Source: a virus
Lineage: Duplodnaviria; Heunggongvirae; Uroviricota; Caudoviricetes
Reading direction: 5' to 3' (one strand)
DNA: 22,993 bases
IMG/VR virus record: IMGVR_UViG_2713896729_000008
Location: 1 to 22,993 of that record
The notes beneath the pieces were generated by a model that had not been told where the DNA came from, searched no databases, and was given only the letters and a program-made list of their open reading frames with translations. Positions 8,882 to 18,510 of the stretch are shown in pieces. The stretch's first letter is position 1, and every line of letters begins with the position of its first letter. The translations under genes were made by a program, and so were the position numbers.

Positions 8882-8980
8882 AATATCGCGGGAAGGCTGA
8901 GTATATTGACTGGTGGATATAGGGTGATGCTGCCAACTTACTGATTTAGTGTATGATGGTGTTTTTGAGGTGCTCCAGTG

Positions 8981-8990
8981 NNNNNNNNNN
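8981..8990. other. assembly gap (10 N)
   Basis: Run of n. Confidence 0.95.
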
Positions 8991-9200
8991 GATGCTTATA
9001 TCGCAATAACTCCTGACACCTCAATATTACATATGGCAAGTGCCTATAATACCCCTGTTGTTGCAATTTATGCTGATTACAAAACGCGATGGCCCGCAAT
9101 GGCCGATGTCTCGGAGTCAGTCGTCGTTGGGCAAAAAATTGACAATATAAGTCTGGATGAATTCGCAAAGGCATTAAAAAGTGTTTTGGCGAGAATATGA
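8991..9200 (+). CDS. glycosyltransferase family 9 (heptosyltransferase-like) C-terminal fragment
   Basis: Frame open from the gap: DAYIAITPDTSILHMASAYNTPVVAIYADYKTRWP... resembles the conserved C-terminal nucleotide-sugar-binding segment of LPS heptosyltransferases. Confidence 0.5.
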   Translation, partial: DAYIAITPDTSILHMASAYNTPVVAIYADYKTRWPAMADVSESVVVGQKIDNISLDEFAKALKSVLARI

Positions 9201-9461
9201 GACAGTACTTATGCATAGTAATGCCGATCTGTTATGAACGGTGGTGTCATCAATACTCTGAGGCTGGTCAATCATCACAGAAAACCAGCCTTTAGATCAA
9301 AGCAGTACTCACCGAAAATGATCATAGTCACATCGAACGCGATTCTGGCGGTGCCGCATTTTTATTTATTCATTTTCTGTGAGAGAAGGGCTAGTTCTGT
9401 AGAGGGAATGTAAAAAAGAGTGCCCCGAATGGAACACTCTTTAAGAAATTATAACGGAAAA

Positions 9462-10317
9462 TCACAGGTTTTTATAACATGTCGCATAAGAAAACCCAAG
9501 CTTTTCAAATACGCTTTGATCACCTGTTGCCAGGGAAACTACGTATTGTTCGCTTGAGTTTGCGGGACTAGATGACCAATACATATTTGATTGAAAACCA
9601 GCGTCAGTCGTGTAATGCCCCATATCTCCCCATTCACTGTACAGTGACCCGATGCCTCGGGAACTACAGTGGTTTAAATAGTTTGCTCTGGGGAGCGTGT
9701 AGCCATTGCTGCTGCAAAAATTTTCAGCAAGGCTGTATATCATGAAAGCCTCGCCGGCGTTCACCCACCAACTCTTCACACGGATTTCGTATACATAGCT
9801 AGGGCCTCCTGATTTTGGCGTCGCCGTAATCCTTTCCGAATTGCTGCCGACATTTTTAAATGTCACTTTACCGGTAGCATCAACATCGACCCAGGAGGCA
9901 GAGCTTGAAAACTCATAATCAGCCGCCGTTTTTCCTGGGGCAAAGTTGTCATTATTCAACTGATAATACGCCCCGGTGAACCCCTGCGAAGGGAATGTAG
10001 TTGTCGGTAGGTCAGTACCATTGACTGATACTGTACCGCTCATTATTTTGTCTTCTGCGCGAGTGAATTGTATTGTGGTACTCAGACCAGCTTGATGAAC
10101 ACCATTCAATACAGGGATCAGCGTTGCGATACCCTCTCCGCCTCCTGTAACAGTGGCTTTGTAATCACCGTTGATATTTAGACTGTAATCAATTGCGCTA
10201 ATTTTTATATAGGGCACGTTAGTACCTGATTGCACAAATTCCATCCCTTCAGAAACTTTGATCGGATTGCCTGATATATCGTGCAGAACAAGACGTAATT
10301 CAGCACTATCGGTATAG
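9462..10317 (-). pseudogene. invasin/intimin-family adhesin, C-terminal portion, 5' end truncated by IS3
   Basis: Minus-strand frame is open from the stop at 9462 right up to the IS3 terminus at 10318 with no credible start (track starts at an internal Met, 10244). Contains a beta-rich Ig-like segment and a Cys-containing C-terminal domain (...NFCSSNGYTLPRANYLNHCSS...SYATCYKNL) reminiscent of invasin/intimin lectin-like domains. Confidence 0.5.
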
Positions 10318-10347
10318 TGATCCTACCCACGTAATATGGACACAGGC

Positions 10348-11214
10348 CTAAGCGAGGTTCTTGTTTTCAAATTGTTCCGGACTGAGGCCGCCACACCAAC
10401 TGTGCCGCCGCCACCGATTGTAATCACATTCGATATAATTAAACACCGTTGCCCGCATTATTTCCCGGCTGATAAAGTGTTCTCCATGGATACATTCCAC
10501 TTTCAGCGAATGAAAGAAGCTTTCCACGCAGGCATTATCGTAGCAGCAACCTTTTGCGCTCATACTTCCACGCAGATTATGCCGCTTCAGTTGCGCCTGA
10601 TAATCTGCTGAACAGTACTGGCCTCCACGGTCCGTGTGAACGATAACGTTCCGGGGCCTCTTACGCCGCCACAGCGCCATCTGCAGGGCATCGCAGGCCA
10701 GTTGCGCCGTCATGCGTGGCGACATTGACCAGCCAATAACGGCACGTGACCACAGGTCAATGACCACTGCCAGATACAGCCAGCCTTCATCTGTACGTAA
10801 GTACGTGATGTCTCCTGCCCACTTCTGGTTCGGGCCACTGGCGTAAAAATCCTGCTCCAACAGATTTTCTGACACAGGCAGGCCGTGTGCGCGGTAGCTG
10901 ACCGGGCTGAACTTCCGGGAGGCCTTTGCCCTCAGTCCCTGACGGCGCAGGCTTGCCGCCACGGTTTTTACGTTAAAGGGGTAACCCTGAGCACGCAGTT
11001 CATCCGTCAGGCGTGGGGCACCGTAACGCTGTTTTGACCGGGTAAAAGCCGCGAGGACAACGCTGTCGCAGTGTTGGCGGAACTGCTGACGCGTGCTTAT
11101 CCTTGTCCGCCGCTGACACCACGTATACCAGCCGCTGCGGGCCACCCGGAGCACGCGGCACATTGCTTTTATGCTGAACTCAGCCTGATGTTTTTCAATA
11201 AAGACATACTTCAT
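10348..11214 (-). CDS. insF: IS3 OrfB (InsF), DDE transposase catalytic region
   Basis: 288-aa [32 protein letters not shown]...[12 protein letters not shown] is recognisable as IS3 InsF; overlaps orfA by 4 nt. Confidence 0.85.
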
Positions 11215-11510
11215 TTCAGGCGCTTCGCGAAGTATGTCGCGGCCTTTTGGAGGATAGCCAGCTCTTCATCCCGTTCTGCCAGCTGGCGTTTGAGACGTGC
11301 AATCTCGGTAGACATCTCCAGTTCACGTTCAGAAGACGTCTGCTGATTTTGCTGTTTACTGCGCCAGTTGTAGAGTTGTGATTCATACAGGCTGAGTTCA
11401 CGGGCTGCGGCAGTAACACCGATGCGTTCAGCAAGCTTCAGGGCTTCACTGCGAAATTCAGGCGAATGCTGTTTACGGGGTTTTTTACTGGTTGATACTG
11501 TTTTTGTCAT
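11211..11510 (-). CDS. insE: IS3 OrfA (InsE), transposase N-terminal HTH protein
   Basis: [32 protein letters not shown]...ATYFAKRLK is recognisable as IS3 InsE; the track ORF begins two in-frame codons-plus upstream at 11519. Confidence 0.85.
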
Positions 11511-11575
11511 GTGAGTCACCTCTGACTGAGAGTTTACTCACTTAGCCGCGTGTCCACTATTGCTGGGTAAGATCA

Positions 11576-11902
11576 CTGAACCAGTGGGATGCGCTGTGCT
11601 ACTACTGTGAAGATGGCCTGGCAGAGCCTGATAACAACGCTGCCGAACGAGCCCTTCGTGCCGTCTGTCTTGGGAAAAAGAATTTTATCTTCTTCGGCAG
11701 CGACCACGGTGGTGAGCGCGGAGCCCTGCTGTACGGACTGATCGGGACGTGCAGGCTGAATGGTATCGATCCGGAAGCCTACCTTCGCCATATCCTGAGC
11801 GTACTGCCGGAGTGGCCCAGCAACAAAGTGGCCGAACTGCTGCCATGGAACGTGGTTCTTACCGATAAATAACCGTCAATACGGCGCTCACTTAACGCTT
11901 AC
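11576..11902 (+). mobile_element. IS66-family element remnant: transposase (TnpC) C-terminal 98 codons plus probable terminal repeat
   Basis: Frame open from the first base after IS3: ...DNNAAERALRAVCLGKKNFIFFGSDHGGERGALLYGLIGTCRLNGIDPEAYLRHIL...ELLPWN, stop at 11870-11872. This is the conserved IS66 TnpC C-terminal signature. The sequence ...cgcttac ending near 11902 is the reverse complement of the GTAAGCG IS66-type terminus. Confidence 0.75.
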
Positions 11903-12075
11903 AATTGGCGTTAGTGTTAGACATATATTCAAGCCTATCTCTTATCTGGAGATACAGCTACTGTCTGGTGTTTCAGGGGGCTACATTAGTAACAATCCTG
12001 ACACTGAGGGCATCAGGTCTTTCTTCAATCTCACACTCCGATTATCTGAGCAAAAATTTCTCTATATTTAGTGCA

Positions 12076-12103
12076 TTTACAAATATATCTGATTTCGTAA
12101 ACT
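12076..12103 (+). promoter_or_regulatory. candidate sigma70 promoter for the defence operon
   Basis: TTTACA (12076-12081), 16-bp spacer, TAAACT (12098-12103), in an AT-rich 270-bp intergenic region upstream of the SNF2 gene. By-eye hexamer match only. Confidence 0.25.
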
Positions 12104-12176
12104 AGATTTCAGAATTGAAAATTGGTTCTGAAAAAGGTAGACCAGTTTAGAACCTGAGCTGATTACAGGAAATGGA

Positions 12177-14027
12177 ATGGTTTATTCGATAAAACACGGC
12201 ATTGTCGAGCAGGACGGGTGTCCAATCGATCCCGAATTGCTTTTTAGACTTGGCAAATTTGTAGCTGAGGCTAGAGACAGCGAAACTACTTTGGTCATCT
12301 CAAAACGCCCAGCTGAACTGAAATTCCGGTTCAGCCATGAACCAGCGCCTTCATTCAGATTGTTTTTCAGGGAGGTAGAGCTTACTCCTGATCAGGTGAA
12401 TTCTTTGGTGGAATACGGTTATTTTATTGCTGATGGCAAGCGGGTGTATTTTGTCAGTGACAGACTTAAGGATTTCTCCGTATCTGCCTGCAACAAGCTG
12501 TCACTCCCCGGATTGCTCAAACTACTTCGCAAACTATACAATGATGGACTTATTGACGCTCTTCCATCATCCCTTGTAGAGAAGCTCAGGGCACAGCAGC
12601 AGAAAATATCACTCCACGATAAACTCTTTGTCAGGGAACTCTACCCCTACCAGAATGAAGGTGTTGCATGGCTGACCTTCTGTGCAGCCAACGGTGTGGG
12701 TACCATCCTTGCCGATGATATGGGTCTGGGTAAGACTGCTCAAGTAATTGCCCTGTGCTGCGATGTTCTCGAACACAATCCTGAAGGTAGGATCCTTATT
12801 GTTGTTCCCAATCCTCTGCTGGCCAACTGGATCAGAGAATTTTCTTTTTTTGCTCCTTCACTCAGACCTTTTCTCCATTATGGGCAGAACAGGAGCGGTC
12901 TCAGTTCAGATCTTTCCGAGCACAATATAATTGTTACTCCCTATACCGTATTGAGTTCCGATATTTCGATGCTGGAAGAAATCCCGTTTGACCTTGTACT
13001 TTATGATGAAGCCAGTATGCTGAAAAATCCTCAGTCGGGCAGATCTCTTGCAGCAAGACGTCTTGATTCTGTTGCTTCCGTTGCAATGTCGGGAACTCCT
13101 GTCGAGAACTGCCTTCTTGACGTCTGGGCTCTCTGTGACCTGGTTTTCCCCGGTTTTCTCGGAAACGAGCAGGATTTCAGATCTCGTTATGTCCATCGCG
13201 AACTGTCCAAAACGCTCAATACGGATCTACACGGGCTTGAAAACAGTCTCCGGCAGATAACCCTGCGACGTATGAAAAAAGATGTCCTGACACAGCTGCC
13301 TGAAAAAATGGATATTCACAGAGCTGTTACCGCAGGAGACAAGGAACGAAATACCTATGAATCCATCATTGAGGAGATGCAGCAGGATGCGGCAAAAGGA
13401 GGAGGAGGTATGCTACCCCTGATCAACAAACTACAGCAGTTTACTGCACATCCGGCTCTTCTAGATCCGAGCATACCCCATGATGTCAAATCCCTATGCC
13501 TCCACAGCGCCAAATTCGAACTACTGATGATGGAACTGGACGGCATAGAACAATCCGGAGAAAAAGTCATCATCTTTGCCACATTCCAGAAGGCAATCGA
13601 TCTGCTAGGTGCTGCAGTTAGGGAACGTTATGGCATCACCCCAGGAGTGATTGACGGACGGACTCCAAATGAACAACGGCAGCCGCTGATTGACAGATTT
13701 TCCAAATCGTCCGGATTCGATCTGCTGCTGTTGCACCCTAAAACAGCCGGTATGGGGCTAAATATCACCGCTGCCACCAATGTAATCCATTATTGCCGAC
13801 AGTGGAATCCGGCCCTTGAGGCACAGGCTACGGCAAGAGCATGGAGAAACGGACAGAAATCTGTGGTTAGCGTTTACTACATGTATTACGCGGATACTGT
13901 CGAAGAAATGATCGATGAACGGATACGAATGAAACAGAAGCTTAGCGAGCAGGTTGTTGCAGTGGCCGACTATAAAGAAACAGACAAACAGCTGATGCTG
14001 GAATATTTGGAATCGATAAAAAAATGA
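12177..14027 (+). CDS. SNF2-family helicase-like ATPase
   Basis: 616 aa; RBS aggaaa upstream of ATG. Motif I LADDMGLGKT, motif II LVLYDEASMLKN, motif III MSGTPVEN, motif V GMGLNITAATNV, motif VI QATARAWRNGQ. N-terminal ~150 aa without recognisable motif. Confidence 0.9.
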   Translation: MVYSIKHGIVEQDGCPIDPELLFRLGKFVAEARDSETTLVISKRPAELKFRFSHEPAPSFRLFFREVELTPDQVNSLVEYGYFIADGKRVYFVSDRLKDFSVSACNKLSLPGLLKLLRKLYNDGLIDALPSSLVEKLRAQQQKISLHDKLFVRELYPYQNEGVAWLTFCAANGVGTILADDMGLGKTAQVIALCCDVLEHNPEGRILIVVPNPLLANWIREFSFFAPSLRPFLHYGQNRSGLSSDLSEHNIIVTPYTVLSSDISMLEEIPFDLVLYDEASMLKNPQSGRSLAARRLDSVASVAMSGTPVENCLLDVWALCDLVFPGFLGNEQDFRSRYVHRELSKTLNTDLHGLENSLRQITLRRMKKDVLTQLPEKMDIHRAVTAGDKERNTYESIIEEMQQDAAKGGGGMLPLINKLQQFTAHPALLDPSIPHDVKSLCLHSAKFELLMMELDGIEQSGEKVIIFATFQKAIDLLGAAVRERYGITPGVIDGRTPNEQRQPLIDRFSKSSGFDLLLLHPKTAGMGLNITAATNVIHYCRQWNPALEAQATARAWRNGQKSVVSVYYMYYADTVEEMIDERIRMKQKLSEQVVAVADYKETDKQLMLEYLESIKK

Positions 14028-15622
14028 CAGATAAAATTGAATTACAGGAAAATGATTTCCGCCCTTCTGCTGCGAGGCTGGTCGAAAGCCTCCGTGATAC
14101 GGGATACAGTGAAAAAGCGGCATTTGCTGACATTGTAGACAATTCAATAGCAGCTAATGCTACGAAAATTGCCATCGAGCTCCAATATCTAATGGGTGAG
14201 TTCCGAGTAGTCATTACCGATAACGGTGATGGAATGACTGAGTCCGAGCTGAAGAATGCGATGCGGTACGGTTCCGAAAAACGGCCGAATCCGAAGTCAC
14301 TGGGCAAATTCGGAATGGGGCTGAAAACTGCGTCTACGGCATTCTGCCGTAGACTGGTGGTACTTTCACAGAAAGAAGGAACTGCAGTAGGCCGTATCTG
14401 GGATCTCGATACCATCAGTGAAAAAGATCGCTGGGAACTCGAGACCCCAGATGAAAACGACTATTACGACGATTTCGAAGTTCTTGAGGATTTCTCCGGA
14501 AATTCAGGCACCATGATTGTCTGGGAAAAAATTGATCGTCTGATCAAGCCAGGCAGCGATAGACAGATGCTTGATCAGATCCGGACCCTCGGTAAGGAAC
14601 TTGTTGACGAACTGAGTGCCGTCTTTTTCAAATATCTTTCCTCCGGAAACGTAGAAATTTCACTCAAAATTGCGGATGAACCCGAAATCCTTCTCCAAGG
14701 ATGGGATCCCCTGTCTACTGAACTTGTTACCAGTGGCGGGGCCCGTCCCCAGCTCTTGAAAGAAAAGAAAATCCGCGTCGAGTTCAACGGAAACAGCTAT
14801 TCTTTCACAATCAGAGGAAGCCTGATTCCATCGCAGAATGAGCTGACTGCGGAAGAGCAGGAGGCTGTGAGATACGGATTGGATAACCAAGGGTTCTATA
14901 TCTATCGAGAAGACCGGTTGATATGGAATGACGGCTGGCCTCACCGAATGTATAAAAAGGAAGGTAAGATCACCCGTCTGCGTGTCGAGCTGGTTTTCTC
15001 CCATGAACTTGATGATGTATTCAGTATCGATTTCCGCAAAAGCCGAGTGATAATCCCTGTTGAAATCCGTAGGGAACTGCAGTCGCTGATTGCTCCATGG
15101 CGTCAGGCACTACTTTCCGTTCCGTCAAAAAAACAATCTGAACAGTCCGGTTCGACACGTGCACATGGTCCTGCTGATAATGCGATAGATAAGCAGAAAA
15201 ACCGTACAAAAAACTCCGATATAAAGGTTGATGGCGAAACAGTTACTATCAGAAACCAGAACCAGCCCAAACCTGCAGTAATCAACGATATACGCGTCTA
15301 TGAGGACAAGACTGTCAGGGTTCACGAAGAAAACTCCCTGATGGGTGACAATCTCTGGGAACCGTCATGTGACATTGATGGAAACACCTGCGTAACACTT
15401 GGGAAGTCGCATCCATATTTCCTGAGAATGTATGATGTCTGCAAGGACAATGTAGAAGCCATGAAAGCTCTCGACATGCTTCTGTGGAGCCTTGCAAATG
15501 CCGAACATGGTGAATACTCAGAAGCGAACAAGCACACCCTGAAAGGATTCCGCCAGAAGGTCAGTGAGAGTCTTCGTTATCTCAGCCTTGAACTGCCGGA
15601 TCCGGAAGAGGATTCAGAATGA
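14024..15622 (+). CDS. GHKL (Bergerat-fold) ATPase, MutL/MORC-like
   Basis: 532 aa; ATG overlaps the SNF2 stop (ATGA). N-box DIVDNSIAANATKIAIEL (compare MutL ELVENSLDAGAT), G1 box VITDNGDGM, G2 box GKFGMGLK. C-terminal ~300 aa unassigned. Confidence 0.85.
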   Translation: MTDKIELQENDFRPSAARLVESLRDTGYSEKAAFADIVDNSIAANATKIAIELQYLMGEFRVVITDNGDGMTESELKNAMRYGSEKRPNPKSLGKFGMGLKTASTAFCRRLVVLSQKEGTAVGRIWDLDTISEKDRWELETPDENDYYDDFEVLEDFSGNSGTMIVWEKIDRLIKPGSDRQMLDQIRTLGKELVDELSAVFFKYLSSGNVEISLKIADEPEILLQGWDPLSTELVTSGGARPQLLKEKKIRVEFNGNSYSFTIRGSLIPSQNELTAEEQEAVRYGLDNQGFYIYREDRLIWNDGWPHRMYKKEGKITRLRVELVFSHELDDVFSIDFRKSRVIIPVEIRRELQSLIAPWRQALLSVPSKKQSEQSGSTRAHGPADNAIDKQKNRTKNSDIKVDGETVTIRNQNQPKPAVINDIRVYEDKTVRVHEENSLMGDNLWEPSCDIDGNTCVTLGKSHPYFLRMYDVCKDNVEAMKALDMLLWSLANAEHGEYSEANKHTLKGFRQKVSESLRYLSLELPDPEEDSE

Positions 15623-16542
15623 ATTATGAATACGATCTGGCCGATTTCAAACGTTACCTTTACGACAAAAACCACAGTTACAGGGTAGATGGACTGATTT
15701 TCTGGCAGAACAGGATTCCGTTGCCGATTGACCTGTTCAATCGAATATTCGATGAATCAGATCTGATAATTGCAGATTTTGTTTATCAGGTAGCAGCAAG
15801 CGCTGCCGTTTTCAGCGAAAAAGAGTCATTCGAGAGTACCTTCGGGCTGGAAGTGACAAATCTTCCAACCGACAAGCTTAAAGCGGAAATACCAGCACTG
15901 TCCACGTGGGTGGATGAACATCTGCCTGAAAATTGCAGAATTGTCCGTATGATATATGAAATCGCGGAGCTTCTGGGCCTTTCAGAGTTCAGGTTTTCCG
16001 GTGATAGGATCGCAAAATCGCTTGCTCACCAAGGGAAAAAGTATGCCCGTCTATTCATGCCGAGTCCGGTAAAGGATCTGGTGAACAACATTCAGGGATG
16101 TGACACCATCGGGCAGGACAATACTGACATGTTCGGTAATATCATTGCCGACCGTTATAATATTTACCGTTCAGGTTTCAGTGATGCCTTGGCTATCATA
16201 TTCAATGCCCTACTCGAATTTAGGCTCCTGTTTTCTGGAAAAAGCGGCAATCTGCCTAGATTTAGGGTAATGATGACTGCTCCTGACGACATCGATATTC
16301 GTTTCGGTAAAACAGCCGACGGTTCATTGTGGGAACCTGGTTACGGGGACGATCATTTCATTACCATCAATACTGAACATCCCGTGATGAAAAATCAGGC
16401 GAAAGACCAGGGCTGTGCACTGGCCGAATTGCTGTTTTTTATGGGGCAGTATGAAAACTCTCAGTTTTCGGACCAGAACAAGAAATTTATTGAAAACATG
16501 CGACAGACAATATCCAGAAATCTCTGGATCAAGTATGACTAA
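15619..16542 (+). CDS. hypothetical protein, operon partner of unknown function
   Basis: 307 aa; ATG overlaps the GHKL stop (ATGA); same strand and frame-coupled inside the operon; no motif I recognise. Confidence 0.7.
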   Translation: MNYEYDLADFKRYLYDKNHSYRVDGLIFWQNRIPLPIDLFNRIFDESDLIIADFVYQVAASAAVFSEKESFESTFGLEVTNLPTDKLKAEIPALSTWVDEHLPENCRIVRMIYEIAELLGLSEFRFSGDRIAKSLAHQGKKYARLFMPSPVKDLVNNIQGCDTIGQDNTDMFGNIIADRYNIYRSGFSDALAIIFNALLEFRLLFSGKSGNLPRFRVMMTAPDDIDIRFGKTADGSLWEPGYGDDHFITINTEHPVMKNQAKDQGCALAELLFFMGQYENSQFSDQNKKFIENMRQTISRNLWIKYD

Positions 16543-16569
16543 TTTTTCTCATGCAAGGACGGGACAAGT

Positions 16570-18510
16570 ATGCTTTCAGAACTGGATATGGTGATGAACT
16601 GGTTCAAAAATGAACCTGAATCGGCATGGCAATTCGATGAGATCGGATTCGATGATGAAACAAGAACGGTTCTATCAACAACCGGACTGACATTGCTGGA
16701 CCATACAGCACGGATGAAAACTGGAAGCGGGTATCACTGTTATATACCATGCCAGTATCTGATGTATATGCTAAAGATTGGGCCATTTGTAAGACTACTG
16801 GACAACTACATCTCTGTATTCGAAGAAATCAAAAAAAATATGTTTCCGGCAGAATTCGAAGCAATGATCGAAAGCGGAACGTCAAACGAGCAGGCGCTCG
16901 TTTCGCTGGACATCTACAGCCGCAGTAACTTTTTCTGGGCTTTCAAAGATCCCAGAACAAGACTTGAGGCAAAAAATCTAATAAACACGAGCTCAAAAAC
17001 TGGGAAAAAGAGTTATAGGCAATCCGATGATTTTGTCAAATCGGTCTTGCTGGCATCATTGCCGGTCCCGAATGTAAGCTCGGAAACACTCGGTACCCTG
17101 ATTCTTGATCTGGTGCGTTCTCAAGAAACATATGATTACCTTCAAAGGAGATATATGCCCAGTCTTCCTTATATGTTCAGTGTTCCTGATGGGGATGAAC
17201 TGCTGTTCAGAATAATGACAACCATTGGCTGGTCCGGTCAGTTTGAGCCTTTACTGGGGACTGACCCCGATGCCGAATTTGTTTCATGGAATGATATAGA
17301 CAGGGCATTTCTTCTCCGCCCATCCAGGGAACCCGGCAATGCGCTGTATGTCCAGAATCCCGTCCATTTTTCTGTTCCGCTGGAGAAATATATTTTCATC
17401 AGAAAGGGTCTCTTGGATACTCCCGATTCACTTGAAAAAATATCGGTTCTGGTTTCCGGTTTATGGCTGGGGATGAGTATCCGGAACAGAGAGGGCAAGT
17501 TCTTTTTCGAGTCATCGACCAGAGCCTCCGTATCCGGACCTAGAGTGACCGGTGGAACGAACAGAATCTTCTATGGGGCACCCGGTACGGGAAAAAGCTA
17601 CAGGGTCCATGGTGAAATGAGTGACGGTGCAGAAAAGATTGTCACAGTTTTCCATCCTGATACTCAGCATAACGATTTTGTCGGTGCCCTGAAGCCTAAA
17701 ATGGAAAAGAATGAACAGGGAGAAAGCAGCATAACCTACAGTTTCAGACCAGGCCCCTTTACCTGCGCACTCATACTGGCCATTGCTCGTCCAGACAGAA
17801 AGGTCTGTCTCATTATCGAAGAAATCAACCGTGCTTCTGCTGCAGCTGTCTTCGGCGAGCTTTTCCAGCTTCTAGACAGGGAGCCTGATGGAACGAGTAC
17901 CTACAGCATCAATGCCACTGATCCGGATATGATCGAGTATATAAATACGGAACTAGGTACTATGGGATGTACTCCTGTCGATAGCTTACGGATCCCGTCC
18001 AATATGTCTCTACTGGCTACCATGAACAGCAGTGATCAGGCAGTTATGCCGCTGGATACTGCATTCAAACGGCGCTGGAATTTCGAATATCTACCAATCG
18101 ATTTATCAAAACCGGAGATCCCACAAACCGAAATCGTTTTCACCACCAATTCAGGAAAATATTCGGTACTCTGGCGCGATTTTGCTCAAATTATTAATGA
18201 CACCCTTGTCGAATGTGAAATAGCAGAGGATCGTCTGATCGGCCCGTTTTTCCTAGATTCTAAAGAACTGGAAAATAGGGAAGCAGCGAAAGCTGCCCTT
18301 GGCGGAAAACTGTTCATCTATTTGTGGGATGATGTGCTGAGACATGTCGGACACCAGAAAATATTTGCGTCTACCTTCAGAACGTTCGGCAACCTATCTG
18401 CAGCATTTCGCAATGACATGGCTGTTTTCTCCACTGCCGTAGAGAACAGACTTGAAGGGGTGGGCACTCCTGTTGACATGAACAGGGATCCGCAAGATGT
18501 TGCCAGCTGA
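16570..18510 (+). CDS. McrB-like AAA+ GTPase with unrelated N-terminal domain
   Basis: 646 aa. C-terminal half has Walker A RIFYGAPGTGKSY, Walker B CLIIEEINRASAAAVFGELFQLLDRE (McrB DEINRA-type signature) and MSLLATMNSSDQ...DTAFKRRW. N-terminal ~330 aa has no resemblance I can see to the E. coli McrB DNA-binding domain. Confidence 0.85.
   Translation: MLSELDMVMNWFKNEPESAWQFDEIGFDDETRTVLSTTGLTLLDHTARMKTGSGYHCYIPCQYLMYMLKIGPFVRLLDNYISVFEEIKKNMFPAEFEAMIESGTSNEQALVSLDIYSRSNFFWAFKDPRTRLEAKNLINTSSKTGKKSYRQSDDFVKSVLLASLPVPNVSSETLGTLILDLVRSQETYDYLQRRYMPSLPYMFSVPDGDELLFRIMTTIGWSGQFEPLLGTDPDAEFVSWNDIDRAFLLRPSREPGNALYVQNPVHFSVPLEKYIFIRKGLLDTPDSLEKISVLVSGLWLGMSIRNREGKFFFESSTRASVSGPRVTGGTNRIFYGAPGTGKSYRVHGEMSDGAEKIVTVFHPDTQHNDFVGALKPKMEKNEQGESSITYSFRPGPFTCALILAIARPDRKVCLIIEEINRASAAAVFGELFQLLDREPDGTSTYSINATDPDMIEYINTELGTMGCTPVDSLRIPSNMSLLATMNSSDQAVMPLDTAFKRRWNFEYLPIDLSKPEIPQTEIVFTTNSGKYSVLWRDFAQIINDTLVECEIAEDRLIGPFFLDSKELENREAAKAALGGKLFIYLWDDVLRHVGHQKIFASTFRTFGNLSAAFRNDMAVFSTAVENRLEGVGTPVDMNRDPQDVAS

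Larger units (their letters stand above)
10318..11575 (-). mobile_element. IS3, complete copy (1258 bp)
   Basis: Termini tgatcctacccacgtaatatggacacaggcctaagcgagg (10318-) and ...cgcgtgtccactattgctgggtaagatca (-11575) match the IS3 inverted repeats as I recall them; encloses insE/insF-type orfA/orfB. Confidence 0.9.

Noticed and set aside
8991-10317. Glycosyltransferase fragment and adhesin as an adhesin-glycosylation pair (Aah/AIDA-like)
   Set aside because: The genes are convergent, the adhesin is invasin/intimin-like rather than an AIDA-type autotransporter, and both are fragments; co-function is not supported.
11573-11791. 72-aa minus-strand ORF
   Set aside because: Antisense to the clearly recognisable IS66 TnpC C-terminal reading frame and begins inside the IS3 terminal repeat.
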